Origin: Bacteroidales bacterium UBA5072
GTDB taxonomy: Bacteria; Bacteroidota; Bacteroidia; Bacteroidales; UBA10428
DNA length: 64,000 bases
Assembly: GCA_002415855.1 (NCBI GenBank)
Contig: DIAS01000040.1
Span: 32,114-96,113 of the forward strand
Direction of reading: 5' to 3'
The translations under genes and the position numbers were made by a program. Positions 10,306 through 20,208 of the stretch are shown in pieces (position 1 is the first letter of the stretch; each line of letters starts with the position of its first letter). A model generated the notes under the pieces. The model saw only the letters and a list, made by a program, of their open reading frames with translations. It did not search any database and had not been told where the DNA came from.

Positions 10306-13300
10306 ATGATCCAAAAATACAAAGAATTCAAGCCCACCAGCTGGGCCATTGATAACAAGACCAGTATGTATATGCTGGCACTGATCCTCGCAGTTTTTGG
10401 TTTTATCAGCTATACCAGCATTCCCAAGGAACAGATACCGGAAATTAAGCTGACCTATATTATGGTAAATACCCCCTATCCGGGTACATCCCCCACGGAT
10501 ATCGAGAATTTCATCACCCGTCCGCTGGAAAAGAACTTGAAATCAATTGAGGATGTAAAGGAAATTACCAGCAATTCGGTACAGGACTATTCATCGATCG
10601 TGGTGGAATTCAATACGGGTATGGACCTCTCGGAAGCCAAGCAGCGGGTAAAAGATGCTGTTGACAAGACCAAAAAAGATCTGCCCACTGATCTCAAGAG
10701 CGATCCCTCAGTCATGGAGCTGGATTTCTCCGAAATACCCATCATGAATATCAATCTCTCGGGAGACTATAGTCTGGACAACCTGAAATTTTATGCAGAC
10801 AAAATGGCTGAACGGATTGAGGAAGTTCCCGAAATAACCCGTGTGGAATTGGTTGGCGCCCTTGACCGTGAAATACAGGTGGATGTTGACATGTACAAAA
10901 TGCAGGCAGCCATGGTCACATTCCGTGATATCAACAATGCCATTGCCTATGAGAATATGACCATTTCAGGCGGCAGTATTGACATGGCCGGCATGAGCAG
11001 GTCGGTGCGTGTAGTCGGTGAATTCAGCAACGTGGATGTAATTAAGAATATCAGCCTGATATCTTCGAGCGGAGCTATTGTAAAGCTTTCTGATATTGCA
11101 GAGATCAAGGATACGCATAAGAAGCAGGAAAGCTTTTCCAGACTGGGCGGTAAGAATGTTGTTACACTGAATGTCATTAAAAAAAGCGGACAAAACCTGA
11201 TCAATGCGGCAGATCAGATCAAGATCATCACCGATGATATGAAAGCTAACGATTTGCCCAGGGATCTTTCGGTCACAGTTTCGGGCGACCAGTCCTATTA
11301 TACCCGGAACATTCTGAAGGAGCTCAACAATACCATCGTTATTGGTTTTCTCCTCGTTACCATGGTACTGATGTTCTTTATGGGATTGACAAATGCCATT
11401 TTTGTCGGATTTTCAGTCCCACTTTCCATGGCGCTTGCTTATATCGTGATCAGGCTTCCGTTCTTTGACTTTACCCTTAACATGCTGGTGATGTTCTCCT
11501 TCATTTTTGCGCTGGGTATCGTCGTGGACGATGCCATTGTGGTAATAGAGAATACGCACCGTATCTTCAGCAAAACAGGACTTGATATCAAAAATTCAGC
11601 TAAAGCTGCAGCCGGCGAGGTGTTCATACCCATTCTTTCGGGTACGCTCACCACCCTGGCACCTTTCTTTCCGCTTGCATTCTGGCCGGGTGTAGTAGGT
11701 AAATTCATGTATTATATTCCGGTTACACTGATCATAACGCTCTTCGCTTCGCTTATCGTAGCCTATGCCTTCAATCCGGTATTTGCGGTGACATTTATGA
11801 AGCCTGATGAAAAAGAAGGTGAGGAACGCGACCGGAAGGCTATATTAAAGACCGGGGTAATAATTTTCCTGATCTCGGCCTTGTTTTACATTCCCGGATT
11901 CCTGGGCGGAAAATTCTTCCTGGGACTTGCCAATCTCGGCGTATTCATTGCTATCAGCTATGTTCTGCATAATTTATACATGTGGAAGTTCCTGCTCAGA
12001 TTCCAGCAGAACATCATCCCAAAAATGCTGCAATTATACGAGCGTGTGCTGAGATGGGCATTGAAAGGCCGCAGGCCTGTAAGGTTGCTTTGGGAACTCG
12101 TTGCACTGTTTGTGATCAGTATTGTCATCTTTATGATCAGCAAACCGAATGTCCTGTTTTTTCCTGACAGCGATCCGGCTTCCATCTATGTCAACATTAA
12201 AATGCCGGTAGGAACTGAAGTAGAAGTTACCGATTCTATAACCAAGCTAACCGAGGAGCACGTTTTTAAAGTTCTTGGTGAAAATAATCCGATCGTCGAA
12301 TCGGTTATCTCCAATGTAGCTCTCGGAGCCTCCTCCGAGATGTTCAGTTCCGGAGCCATCACTTCCAACCTGGGAAGAATAACCATCAATTTTGTTGAGT
12401 TTGCCAAGCGGCATGGTGAAAATACAAGTCCCTACATGGATAAAATCAGAAAGGAAGTTAAAGACATAGCAGGTGCTGAAATTACTGTTGACAAGAGAAG
12501 TATGGGACCTCCGGTAGGAAAACCCGTTAATATTGAAATTTCCAGTGAAGACCTGGTTGAACTCATCAATACCACTGAAAGTTTAAAGCACTTTATTGAT
12601 TCTGTCAAAATCGCTGGCATTGAAGAGCTCAAGTCGGATTTCGAAACCTATAAACCTGAATTAATTGTAAACATTGACCGTCAGAGGGCCAATCAGGAAG
12701 GTATCACAACGGCTCAGATTGGGAATGAATTGCGCACTGCGATCACCGGAACGGAAGTATCCAAATACCGGGAAGATGAGGAACAGTATCCCATACAGCT
12801 ACGCTACAATGAATATCTGCGTGAAAATATCGACAGGCTGATGAACCTGAAAATTACCTTCATGGATATGTCATCCGGCCGTTTAAAAAGTATTCCGCTG
12901 TCATCCGTGGCCACAGTCACCTATCAGAACACTTACGGAGGAATAAAACGGAACGATCTGAAAAGGGTGATCACCCTCTCTTCAAATCTGTTATCGGGTT
13001 ATAACTCCAATGAGGTGAATACGAAACTTCGACAGGTTCTTCCAAAATTTAACAAACCTGCCGGGACGGTGATTTCAATTACCGGTGAACAGGAGGACCA
13101 GGCCGAGAATATGGCATTTCTTTCCAAGGCAATGCTGGTTGCTATCTTCCTTGTGCTGTTCATCCTGATTACGCAGTTTAATTCACTGAGCAAGCCCTTT
13201 ATTATAATTTCAGAGATCGTATTCAGCATCATCGGGGTATTGCTGGGCTTCAGCCTGTTCAAAATGGACTTCTCGGTGATCATGACCGGTATGGGAATTG

Positions 13301-13713
13301 TTGCACTGGCAGGTATTGTTGTCAGAAACGGGATATTGCTTGTTGAGTTTACCGATAAACTCAGGGAGGAAGGTGTGCGAACCAGAGAAGCCATCATCCA
13401 GGCCGGAAAGATCCGGATCACCCCGATCGTGCTTACAGCAACAGCCACCATACTCGGGTTGATCCCGCTGGCAACCGGATTTAATATCAATTTCAGCACC
13501 CTGCTGACTGATCTGAATCCGCACATTCATTTGGGCGGTGATACCAAGGCCTTTTTCGGTCCGCTTGCCTGGTCGATCATCTTCGGTCTGTCCTTTGCAA
13601 CTGTGCTTACACTGGTATTCATTCCTGTTATGTACAGTATATTGCACACAGCAAAGCTCAATATCACCAGAAGCAACCACAGGAGAAAGCTCAGGAGGGC
13701 CGGCAGGAGCTAG
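10306..13713 (+). CDS. efflux RND transporter permease subunit (AcrB/HAE family)
   Basis: 1135 aa with 12-TM two-fold-repeat topology and AcrB-type blocks (GIVVDDAIVVIEN, GIVVRNGILLVEF). It is third in the efflux operon. Confidence 0.92.
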   Translation: MIQKYKEFKPTSWAIDNKTSMYMLALILAVFGFISYTSIPKEQIPEIKLTYIMVNTPYPGTSPTDIENFITRPLEKNLKSIEDVKEITSNSVQDYSSIVVEFNTGMDLSEAKQRVKDAVDKTKKDLPTDLKSDPSVMELDFSEIPIMNINLSGDYSLDNLKFYADKMAERIEEVPEITRVELVGALDREIQVDVDMYKMQAAMVTFRDINNAIAYENMTISGGSIDMAGMSRSVRVVGEFSNVDVIKNISLISSSGAIVKLSDIAEIKDTHKKQESFSRLGGKNVVTLNVIKKSGQNLINAADQIKIITDDMKANDLPRDLSVTVSGDQSYYTRNILKELNNTIVIGFLLVTMVLMFFMGLTNAIFVGFSVPLSMALAYIVIRLPFFDFTLNMLVMFSFIFALGIVVDDAIVVIENTHRIFSKTGLDIKNSAKAAAGEVFIPILSGTLTTLAPFFPLAFWPGVVGKFMYYIPVTLIITLFASLIVAYAFNPVFAVTFMKPDEKEGEERDRKAILKTGVIIFLISALFYIPGFLGGKFFLGLANLGVFIAISYVLHNLYMWKFLLRFQQNIIPKMLQLYERVLRWALKGRRPVRLLWELVALFVISIVIFMISKPNVLFFPDSDPASIYVNIKMPVGTEVEVTDSITKLTEEHVFKVLGENNPIVESVISNVALGASSEMFSSGAITSNLGRITINFVEFAKRHGENTSPYMDKIRKEVKDIAGAEITVDKRSMGPPVGKPVNIEISSEDLVELINTTESLKHFIDSVKIAGIEELKSDFETYKPELIVNIDRQRANQEGITTAQIGNELRTAITGTEVSKYREDEEQYPIQLRYNEYLRENIDRLMNLKITFMDMSSGRLKSIPLSSVATVTYQNTYGGIKRNDLKRVITLSSNLLSGYNSNEVNTKLRQVLPKFNKPAGTVISITGEQEDQAENMAFLSKAMLVAIFLVLFILITQFNSLSKPFIIISEIVFSIIGVLLGFSLFKMDFSVIMTGMGIVALAGIVVRNGILLVEFTDKLREEGVRTREAIIQAGKIRITPIVLTATATILGLIPLATGFNINFSTLLTDLNPHIHLGGDTKAFFGPLAWSIIFGLSFATVLTLVFIPVMYSILHTAKLNITRSNHRRKLRRAGRS

Positions 13714-13720
13714 GGAATTA

Positions 13721-13823
13721 AGAACTCTCGCAAAGGCCTCGCAAAGGCTCAGAATCGCAGGAAGGGTAAATAACCTGTCACCTTTGAGTCCTTTTGCTTA
13801 GTTGGGTCTTTGCGAGAAATTCT
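13721..13823. repeat. intergenic repeat cluster: tandem 11-mer plus distal inverted copy
   Basis: CTCGCAAAGGC occurs twice in perfect tandem (13727-13737, 13738-13748). Its complement CTTTGCGAG lies at 13808-13816, with extra flanking complementarity (AGAA..TTCT). A degenerate inverted copy CCTTTGAG lies near 13781. Confidence 0.5.
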
Positions 13824-13886
13824 TCCTGTGCATAAACCTCTGATAAATGCAAGAGATCCTTTTATTACTTTTGTCTTTTTATTTCC

Positions 13887-14783
13887 ATGATATCACAACA
13901 TTACGGTGAATTTGCGGCCCTGCTTGTAGCATTCTTCTGGTCCATTACTGCATTGTCCTTTGAAGCTGCCAGCAGAAAAGTGGGTTCATTAGCTGTGAAT
14001 ATAATCAGGCTGGTCATCGGTCTGATCTTTCTGACGGCTCTAAATCTTTTTCTCCGTGGATTGGTCTTCCCGTCCGATGCTTCAATGCACAACTGGATCT
14101 GGTTATCGGTATCTGGTCTGATCGGATTTGTGCTCGGTGATTACTTCCTGTTCAAATCATACACCATCATCGGTTCATGGTTTGCCATGCTCATCATGAC
14201 CCTGGCTCCACCCATGGCGGCAGTCTTCGGGTGGATACTGCTGGATGAGCAATTGGGATTCCTCTCGATCACCGGTATCATCGTTACCCTGCTTGGCATA
14301 GTGATCGCCATGTTCAGGCGTGATAAGGAGAACCGCAAAGTAAAAGTCGGGAAACCTTTGATCGGGTTGCTGTATGCATTCGGCGGAGCTTTGGGACAAG
14401 CTCTGGGCATTGTATTCAGCAAATATGGCATGCAGGATTACAGTCCGTTTGCTGCTACGCAGATCAGAATAATTGTCGGTATTCTTGGGTTTGTCCTTCT
14501 TATCAGCCTGTCGCATAACTGGCAACCCGTTCGTGCTGCATTGTCTGACCGGAAAGCAATGGTCCCCGTAACCATCGGATCGTTTTTTGGACCCTTCCTC
14601 GGCGTTTCCTTCTCCCTCCTGGCCATTCAACATACCACAACCGGTGTAGCCTCCACCATCATGGCGCTGGTTCCTATTTTCATCATTCCGCCCAGCATGT
14701 TGCTGTTCAAACATAAAATCACCATCCGGGAAATTATCGGCACCATGATAAGCCTGGGAGGCGTAGCGCTGTTCTTTCTATAA
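13887..14783 (+). CDS. DMT superfamily (EamA-type) transporter
   Basis: 298 aa with about 10 TM helices in two repeated EamA-like halves. Confidence 0.8.
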   Translation: MISQHYGEFAALLVAFFWSITALSFEAASRKVGSLAVNIIRLVIGLIFLTALNLFLRGLVFPSDASMHNWIWLSVSGLIGFVLGDYFLFKSYTIIGSWFAMLIMTLAPPMAAVFGWILLDEQLGFLSITGIIVTLLGIVIAMFRRDKENRKVKVGKPLIGLLYAFGGALGQALGIVFSKYGMQDYSPFAATQIRIIVGILGFVLLISLSHNWQPVRAALSDRKAMVPVTIGSFFGPFLGVSFSLLAIQHTTTGVASTIMALVPIFIIPPSMLLFKHKITIREIIGTMISLGGVALFFL

Positions 14784-14840
14784 TTTGCATAAATCAATTG
14801 TAATACTTACTTTCGGATTCTCTTTATTATCAACAGGACC

Positions 14841-15314
14841 ATGAAAGACTACATCAGACGGGCAGGAAAATTTATCCTTTATATGGCGGCAATTTTCATC
14901 ATTGTACTTGTTGTATTGCCACTCATCACCGATGGGAAGACACCAACGGTGACACTTGATGAGCTGATTCACAACCAGAGGTTTATTCTGTTTTTTACCT
15001 TTCTTTTTGCCTATGCCCTGGTTTATCCGCTGATTGCTTTTGTGAAATTAAAACGGCATCTGAACGGCACTTTCACCGATAACCGTGAGGTAATAGAGAA
15101 AGTATTTGAAGCCCTGCAATATATCAAGACAGAAGAAAAGGAAGGAAAGATCGTCTACCGAAGAAAATCACAATTTGCGCGTTTCTCGCAATGGTATGAA
15201 GACAGTGTAATCCTTGAAACCAGTGAGAATCCGGTCATCATTTCGGGTATGCGCAAAGCGGTGACCCGAATAGATAAAATGATTGACCATTTCCTGTTCA
15301 GGTCTTCAGAATAA
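14841..15314 (+). CDS. hypothetical membrane protein (2 TM helices plus a soluble C-terminal domain)
   Basis: The ORF has two hydrophobic helices (FILYMAAIFIIVLVVLPLI, FILFFTFLFAYALVYPLIAF) and a charged C-terminal half. No family was recognised. Confidence 0.5.
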   Translation: MKDYIRRAGKFILYMAAIFIIVLVVLPLITDGKTPTVTLDELIHNQRFILFFTFLFAYALVYPLIAFVKLKRHLNGTFTDNREVIEKVFEALQYIKTEEKEGKIVYRRKSQFARFSQWYEDSVILETSENPVIISGMRKAVTRIDKMIDHFLFRSSE

Positions 15315-15321
15315 TTCCGGT

Positions 15322-16050
15322 TTATACAGGTTTCGGGGTTTTAAACTGTGTATAACGCTGCGACACAAAATCCCAGTTTGCCACATTCCAGAATGCATCA
15401 ATAAATTCAGCCCGCCTGTTTTGGTATTTCAGGTAGTATGCATGTTCCCAGACATCGATGCAAAGAAGCGGAAAACCTTTCTCAGCGGCTATGTCCATGA
15501 TCGGGCTGTCCTGATTGCCTGTTGTGGTCACCTTCAGTTTGTCGCCATCAGCAATCAGCCATGCCCATCCCGAACCAAAAACCGATTTGGCAGCAGCACT
15601 GAATTTTTCTTTAAAAGCGTCGAGGGATCCAAAATCTTTATTCAGGGCATCAAGTAATTCCTGAGACGGTTGCTTACCGGTTGCAGGTGCCAGCATATTC
15701 CAGAACCATTTGTGATTCAAAAAGCCTCCCCCGTTGTTCCGGATGGCCGGAGAATACTTCGATACCTCAGACAGTATCTCGACTGCAGTTTTGCCGTTGA
15801 GCCCTGCCTCTTTAACAGCAGCATTGAATTTTTCAGTATAAGCTGCATGATGTTTGGAATAGTGCAGCTCCATTGTCCTGGCATCCATATAAGGCTCCAG
15901 GGCATTGTATGCATAAGGCAATTCGGGGAGCACAAATTCACCGTTCCACTTTTTCCGGGCTCTTCCAGCCTTGAGCTTAGAAGCTGAACCCATTGCCAGG
16001 AATCCTGCTGATCCGAGAAAAAGTGATTTTATAAAAGTTCTTTTATTCAA
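15322..16050 (-). CDS. sodB: Fe/Mn-family superoxide dismutase with N-terminal export signal
   Basis: Fe/Mn SOD signatures LPYAYNALEPY, HYSKHHAAY and DVWEHAYYL. These are preceded by ~40 extra residues with a Tat-like NKRTFIKSLFLGSAGFLAMGSA segment. Confidence 0.88.
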   Translation of the reverse strand: MNKRTFIKSLFLGSAGFLAMGSASKLKAGRARKKWNGEFVLPELPYAYNALEPYMDARTMELHYSKHHAAYTEKFNAAVKEAGLNGKTAVEILSEVSKYSPAIRNNGGGFLNHKWFWNMLAPATGKQPSQELLDALNKDFGSLDAFKEKFSAAAKSVFGSGWAWLIADGDKLKVTTTGNQDSPIMDIAAEKGFPLLCIDVWEHAYYLKYQNRRAEFIDAFWNVANWDFVSQRYTQFKTPKPV

Positions 16051-16191
16051 TTTGAATCAGATTTAATGTTGTTGTATTACAGTAAAGATTTAACAAACTT
16101 ACTATAAAAAAGTTTAAAATCTATGTCTGTTAATTGTTTATGAGGAATATCTGATCAATACGATGGCCGCAAGGCAGCTGCATTTCAACAA

Positions 16192-16211
16192 CCGTGGGTT
16201 TTAACCCACGG
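16192..16211 (-). terminator. possible terminator hairpin downstream of the M16 peptidase gene
   Basis: Palindrome CCGTGGGTT-TT-AACCCACGG lies 18 nt past the stop. On the minus strand it is followed by TTGTTG, which is only moderately U-rich. Confidence 0.35.
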
Positions 16212-16228
16212 ACCTTTAAAGCCGAAAA

Positions 16229-19045
16229 CTACTTCTCCGGATACAACACCACCCTTACATACTTCTTCAGATCAATCTTCTTTGCAGCTTCCTGAAGTTT
16301 TTCCGATGTCAACGCATTGATCCTGTCGGCATACTGGGTAATCAGCCCAGGATCGTCAAACCTGTATACATTGGTAAGCCTGCTGAGCCAATAGCCGTTC
16401 TCCTTCAGGTTCTTTTCCAGATCACGACGCTGGGCCTCCTTGACCTTCACGAGGTCTTCGGGGGAAACGCCCTCTTGTTGGATTTTCCTGATTTCGCCAA
16501 TTGCGGCCTTGGTTATCTCACCGGTATTCTCAGGTGAACAGGGGATCATAATATTCAATACCATATGCGGATAGGGAATTTTAACCAGATCACAGGCAGC
16601 ACGCACAGTATAGGCGCCGCTCATCTCTTCCCTGATCACGTCGATATAACGGATACTCAACAATTGTCCAAGTGATTCGAAGACATGATCTTCCATAGGA
16701 TCATAGGACGTGGCGGTTTCAAAATAAATCCCCAGAAGACTTTTGGGATCATTTCCCTTGTGAACCGATTTGTCGGTTTTTTTGGCTGGGGGCCGGATGC
16801 CCATATCCTTCCAGCTTTCCTGCCGTTTTAATGATGGAAGACTGGCCAGATAACTCTCAATCAAAGGTTTTACACTATCCACTTTAAATGATCCTACCAG
16901 GATGAAGGTGAAATCAGATACATCCGCGAAACGATCACGGTAGATCTCATAAAGCCGGCTGATATTTACCTGAGCCAGATCGCTTTCAGACGGGATTATA
17001 TCAGCCATGGGATTGTTCTGTGTAACGGCCCGGGTAAACTGATCTTCGAAATAGGTCTCCGGACTGGAGGAGGCATTCTTGTAATAGTCACGCTGCAGTT
17101 CCATGATCGACTGGAACATAGCGCTGTCTTTCCTGGGGCTTGTAAAATACAAGTAGGTCATTTGCAGCATACTTTCCAGGTCCCTGGGGGTCGCCGAACC
17201 GGAGACTCCCTCGTAATAATCACTGATATAAGGACTTACAGTAACATTTTTCCCGGCCAATAATTTACCGATATCGGAAGGTGAATAATCGGCAAAGCCG
17301 CACTCATTCACAATATCATCGGCGAAGTAAGCCGACTGGTGATCGGCCAGTCCATATACCGAATATCCGCCCGGACTGAAAGCAGAGAAAAGCACTTCAT
17401 CGTTTTTAAAATCGGTAGGCTTTAATACTACCTTGGCACCGTTCGAAAGCTTCATTTCAACCGTGCCCAGTTCCTCATTCTTTTTAGTAAGGAGGATCCT
17501 GCCCTTCTTGGGCTTATCGCTCATCAGCTGGCTGCCGGTGATCTTGTCCTGATATGGCGTTATTTCGCTTCCGGACGCCAATGTAATGATATTCAGAACT
17601 TTTTCATTTTCCGGCAACTGCAGGTCTTCCTTCTGGGGTGCCAATACAAACATAAGCCGGTTATCAGCAGTAATGTTGGTTTTCAGAACTTCATTCACCT
17701 CCTCCAGTGTGATCCCGTCGAGGTATTCCCTGGCGAAATTATATTCAAATTCAATTCCCGGAAGCGGCTCATCAGTAAGGAAGTTACGCAGGTATTCAGC
17801 AGCAAGGCTGGCTGACGTGGTTTTGTCGCGCTCATTGTAAGCATTTTCGATAAAAGAATAGAACTCCTTTTTCTGACGGGTGAGCTCACCTGCAGTGAAA
17901 CCAAAACGGATAGCCCGTTCACTCTCTGTAATCAGCGTTTGTATTCCCTTTTCAATGCCCTTCTCAGGCACCATGGCTGCCAGCTGAAAAGCACTTTTCT
18001 CAGGCACCATGGAACCATAAGACACCTGCGCACCCATTACCGGCGGATCAGGCTGTTCCCTGAGTTCATTCAGGCGCTGGGTCAGCATACCGGTAACAAG
18101 CTGATAGACCAGTGATTTCCTGTAATCTTTCTGTAGAACTTCCTTTTCCGGATCAGTTTTACAGAACAGGGCAATCTGAACCACCGGCATTTCTTTATCA
18201 GAGAAAACAATTACTTTGGTCCCCTGCTGATCAGGGACTGGAAAGGCTTTGCGTGGTCTTTCGTTAGCAGGGTTCTGAAGTGCGCCGAAATGATCCCGGA
18301 TGGTTTTCTCTGTTTCATCGGGATCGATGTCACCAACCACGACAAAAGCCATAAGATCAGGCCTGTACCAGTCCGCATAGAACCTCTTTATTGCACTGTG
18401 GGGTGCTCCTTCAATGATTTCCTTCTTTCCGATCGGAAGCCTGCCGGCATATTGTGATCCCTCGAAAAGGGCCGGGTACAGCTTATCCATCAGACGCTGG
18501 CTGAGTCCCTGATTTATGCGCCATTCCTCAACAATAATACCTCTTTCCTTATCAATTTCAACTCCGTCGAATGTAATATTGTGGGCCCAATCCTCCATGA
18601 TCTGAAATCCTTGCTGAACAATATGTGCAGAATCCGTAGGGAGGGTAAGCATGTACATGGTTTCATTCAAAGAGGTCATGGCATTGACTTCGGGACCAAA
18701 CTGCACGCCCACGGATTGCATATAATGCACCAGTTCGTTTTTGGCAAAGTTCTTTGTGCCGTTAAACGCCATGTGTTCAACAAAATGAGCCAATCCCAGC
18801 TGGTCTTCATCCTCCAGCACTGAACCTGCCTTCACGACCAGCCGCATTTCAACCCGGTTTTCAGGTTTGCTGTTCTTCCTGATGTAATAGGTAAAACCGT
18901 TTTCCAGCTTCCCGATCCTGATCTTGTCATCGACCGGTATGGGCTGTTCCAATTTATCCTGGGCCAGACCGGCCTGCCAGGATGGAATGGTAAATAACAG
19001 TGCAGCGATGCATTGCCATATCCTCAACATAATGGTTTTCTTCAT
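16229..19045 (-). CDS. M16 family zinc peptidase (insulinase/pitrilysin-like, fused double unit)
   Basis: Signal peptide and the inverted zinc motif HFVEHMAFNG (HxxEH). At 938 aa it comprises active plus inactive M16 halves. Confidence 0.88.
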   Translation of the reverse strand: MKKTIMLRIWQCIAALLFTIPSWQAGLAQDKLEQPIPVDDKIRIGKLENGFTYYIRKNSKPENRVEMRLVVKAGSVLEDEDQLGLAHFVEHMAFNGTKNFAKNELVHYMQSVGVQFGPEVNAMTSLNETMYMLTLPTDSAHIVQQGFQIMEDWAHNITFDGVEIDKERGIIVEEWRINQGLSQRLMDKLYPALFEGSQYAGRLPIGKKEIIEGAPHSAIKRFYADWYRPDLMAFVVVGDIDPDETEKTIRDHFGALQNPANERPRKAFPVPDQQGTKVIVFSDKEMPVVQIALFCKTDPEKEVLQKDYRKSLVYQLVTGMLTQRLNELREQPDPPVMGAQVSYGSMVPEKSAFQLAAMVPEKGIEKGIQTLITESERAIRFGFTAGELTRQKKEFYSFIENAYNERDKTTSASLAAEYLRNFLTDEPLPGIEFEYNFAREYLDGITLEEVNEVLKTNITADNRLMFVLAPQKEDLQLPENEKVLNIITLASGSEITPYQDKITGSQLMSDKPKKGRILLTKKNEELGTVEMKLSNGAKVVLKPTDFKNDEVLFSAFSPGGYSVYGLADHQSAYFADDIVNECGFADYSPSDIGKLLAGKNVTVSPYISDYYEGVSGSATPRDLESMLQMTYLYFTSPRKDSAMFQSIMELQRDYYKNASSSPETYFEDQFTRAVTQNNPMADIIPSESDLAQVNISRLYEIYRDRFADVSDFTFILVGSFKVDSVKPLIESYLASLPSLKRQESWKDMGIRPPAKKTDKSVHKGNDPKSLLGIYFETATSYDPMEDHVFESLGQLLSIRYIDVIREEMSGAYTVRAACDLVKIPYPHMVLNIMIPCSPENTGEITKAAIGEIRKIQQEGVSPEDLVKVKEAQRRDLEKNLKENGYWLSRLTNVYRFDDPGLITQYADRINALTSEKLQEAAKKIDLKKYVRVVLYPEK

Positions 19046-19086
19046 GACAGTGTTTTATATTATTCAACAATAACGAAGTTAGGGTA

Positions 19087-19977
19087 TTATTCAGGCAGAA
19101 ACGGAAAGTAATCATGCAGGTTTTCTTTGGTAAGCCGGGATCCGTATTCGGAGTCCTCGAAAGCCTCGCAATACCGGATCGTGGTACCCCTGTCGGCACC
19201 ATAAATTTCAACAAGCTTTTCTCTGTATGGATCGGCATTCCAGTTGTTCTTCAACATTTTACCAAGCCATGCTCGCCTGTCGGCTTCCGAAGCCGGAACC
19301 TGGTCGAGCACACCCCTGTTAAAAGGAAGCCATTCGTACATTTGTGATGTATGCTGGTGGTACATGTCCATTTTCTTTTCAATCACATCGTCTATGTCTA
19401 CGCATACGTCTGGTTTGAATGCTTCAGGATGTGTAAAACCATCTGCCATATAAAGAAATACAGGATTTTTTGGTAGAAAGGGAACCTCAGGCAACACAGT
19501 GGGAACAGTGACCATATAGGCTGCATCGTTAACCAGAATTCCGGTATAGCGGTGATCCGGATGGTAGTCGTAGGGTCGTGGGTAGATGACAATATCAGCC
19601 TTTTGTTCCCGTATGAGCTTGATGATCTGAAGCCTGTTCTCATAGGTAGGCATCAGTTGTCCGTCATGATTGTCAAGTGTGATATAACGGATGCCGATCA
19701 CCTCACCTGCCCTGCGGGCTTCTTCCCGGCGTATCTTGGCAAGTTCAGTCGCTTTAATGGATTGATGCCCGGCATCACCATTGGTAACCGAAACCATGAG
19801 CACATCATGTCCCATTTGTGCCCATTTATAGGCACTGCCCCCCATTTCATCGGGATCATCGGGATGAGCGCCAATAATAATGACATGAAGCTTATTTTCT
19901 TTAGCTGTCTGTGCATAGGAAGGAGCAATATATGCTGCCAGTCCTGCCAGAAATAAAAATCCCCATATTCGTTTCAT
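19087..19977 (-). CDS. PIG-L/LmbE family N-acetylglucosaminyl deacetylase, secreted
   Basis: Start moved to ATG 19977 (MKRIWGFLFLAGLAAYIAPSYAQ signal peptide). PIG-L motifs GAHPDDPDEMGG and NGDAGH, and later HPDH, are present. Confidence 0.8.
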   Translation of the reverse strand: MKRIWGFLFLAGLAAYIAPSYAQTAKENKLHVIIIGAHPDDPDEMGGSAYKWAQMGHDVLMVSVTNGDAGHQSIKATELAKIRREEARRAGEVIGIRYITLDNHDGQLMPTYENRLQIIKLIREQKADIVIYPRPYDYHPDHRYTGILVNDAAYMVTVPTVLPEVPFLPKNPVFLYMADGFTHPEAFKPDVCVDIDDVIEKKMDMYHQHTSQMYEWLPFNRGVLDQVPASEADRRAWLGKMLKNNWNADPYREKLVEIYGADRGTTIRYCEAFEDSEYGSRLTKENLHDYFPFLPE

Positions 19978-20208
19978 GATAGATGTTTTACGTTTGAGAA
20001 TGCAAGATAGCAATAGTTTACATGGCGGGCAAGTCCCTGTATCCGTTTTTCGGGAACGATTCCACAAACTGTCCCATGAAAGGCTGACGCCACAGGTGAT
20101 ATCATTTTGCATAAACTTTTTCCCAGATTACATATTGAAATTCCCTGCAATGAATAATATATTTGATCATATGAACAGTCCATTAAGTAATAAAATCAAG
20201 GCAACAAG

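Noticed and set aside
12999-13680. Long minus-strand ORFs (175 and 156 aa) inside the RND pump gene. Similar long antisense ORFs occur at 27871-28521, 50652-51242, 51870-52583, 5475-5999 and 14175-14714.
   Set aside because: All lie fully inside strongly supported genes on the other strand. Their low-complexity or Cys/His/Arg-rich composition is characteristic of antisense translation.
19978-20112. 45-codon N-terminal extension of the PIG-L deacetylase ORF (track start at 20112).
   Set aside because: The extension (MQNDITCGVSLSW...) is Cys/Ser-rich and has no signal or domain character. The internal ATG 19977 yields a textbook signal peptide directly before the PIG-L core.
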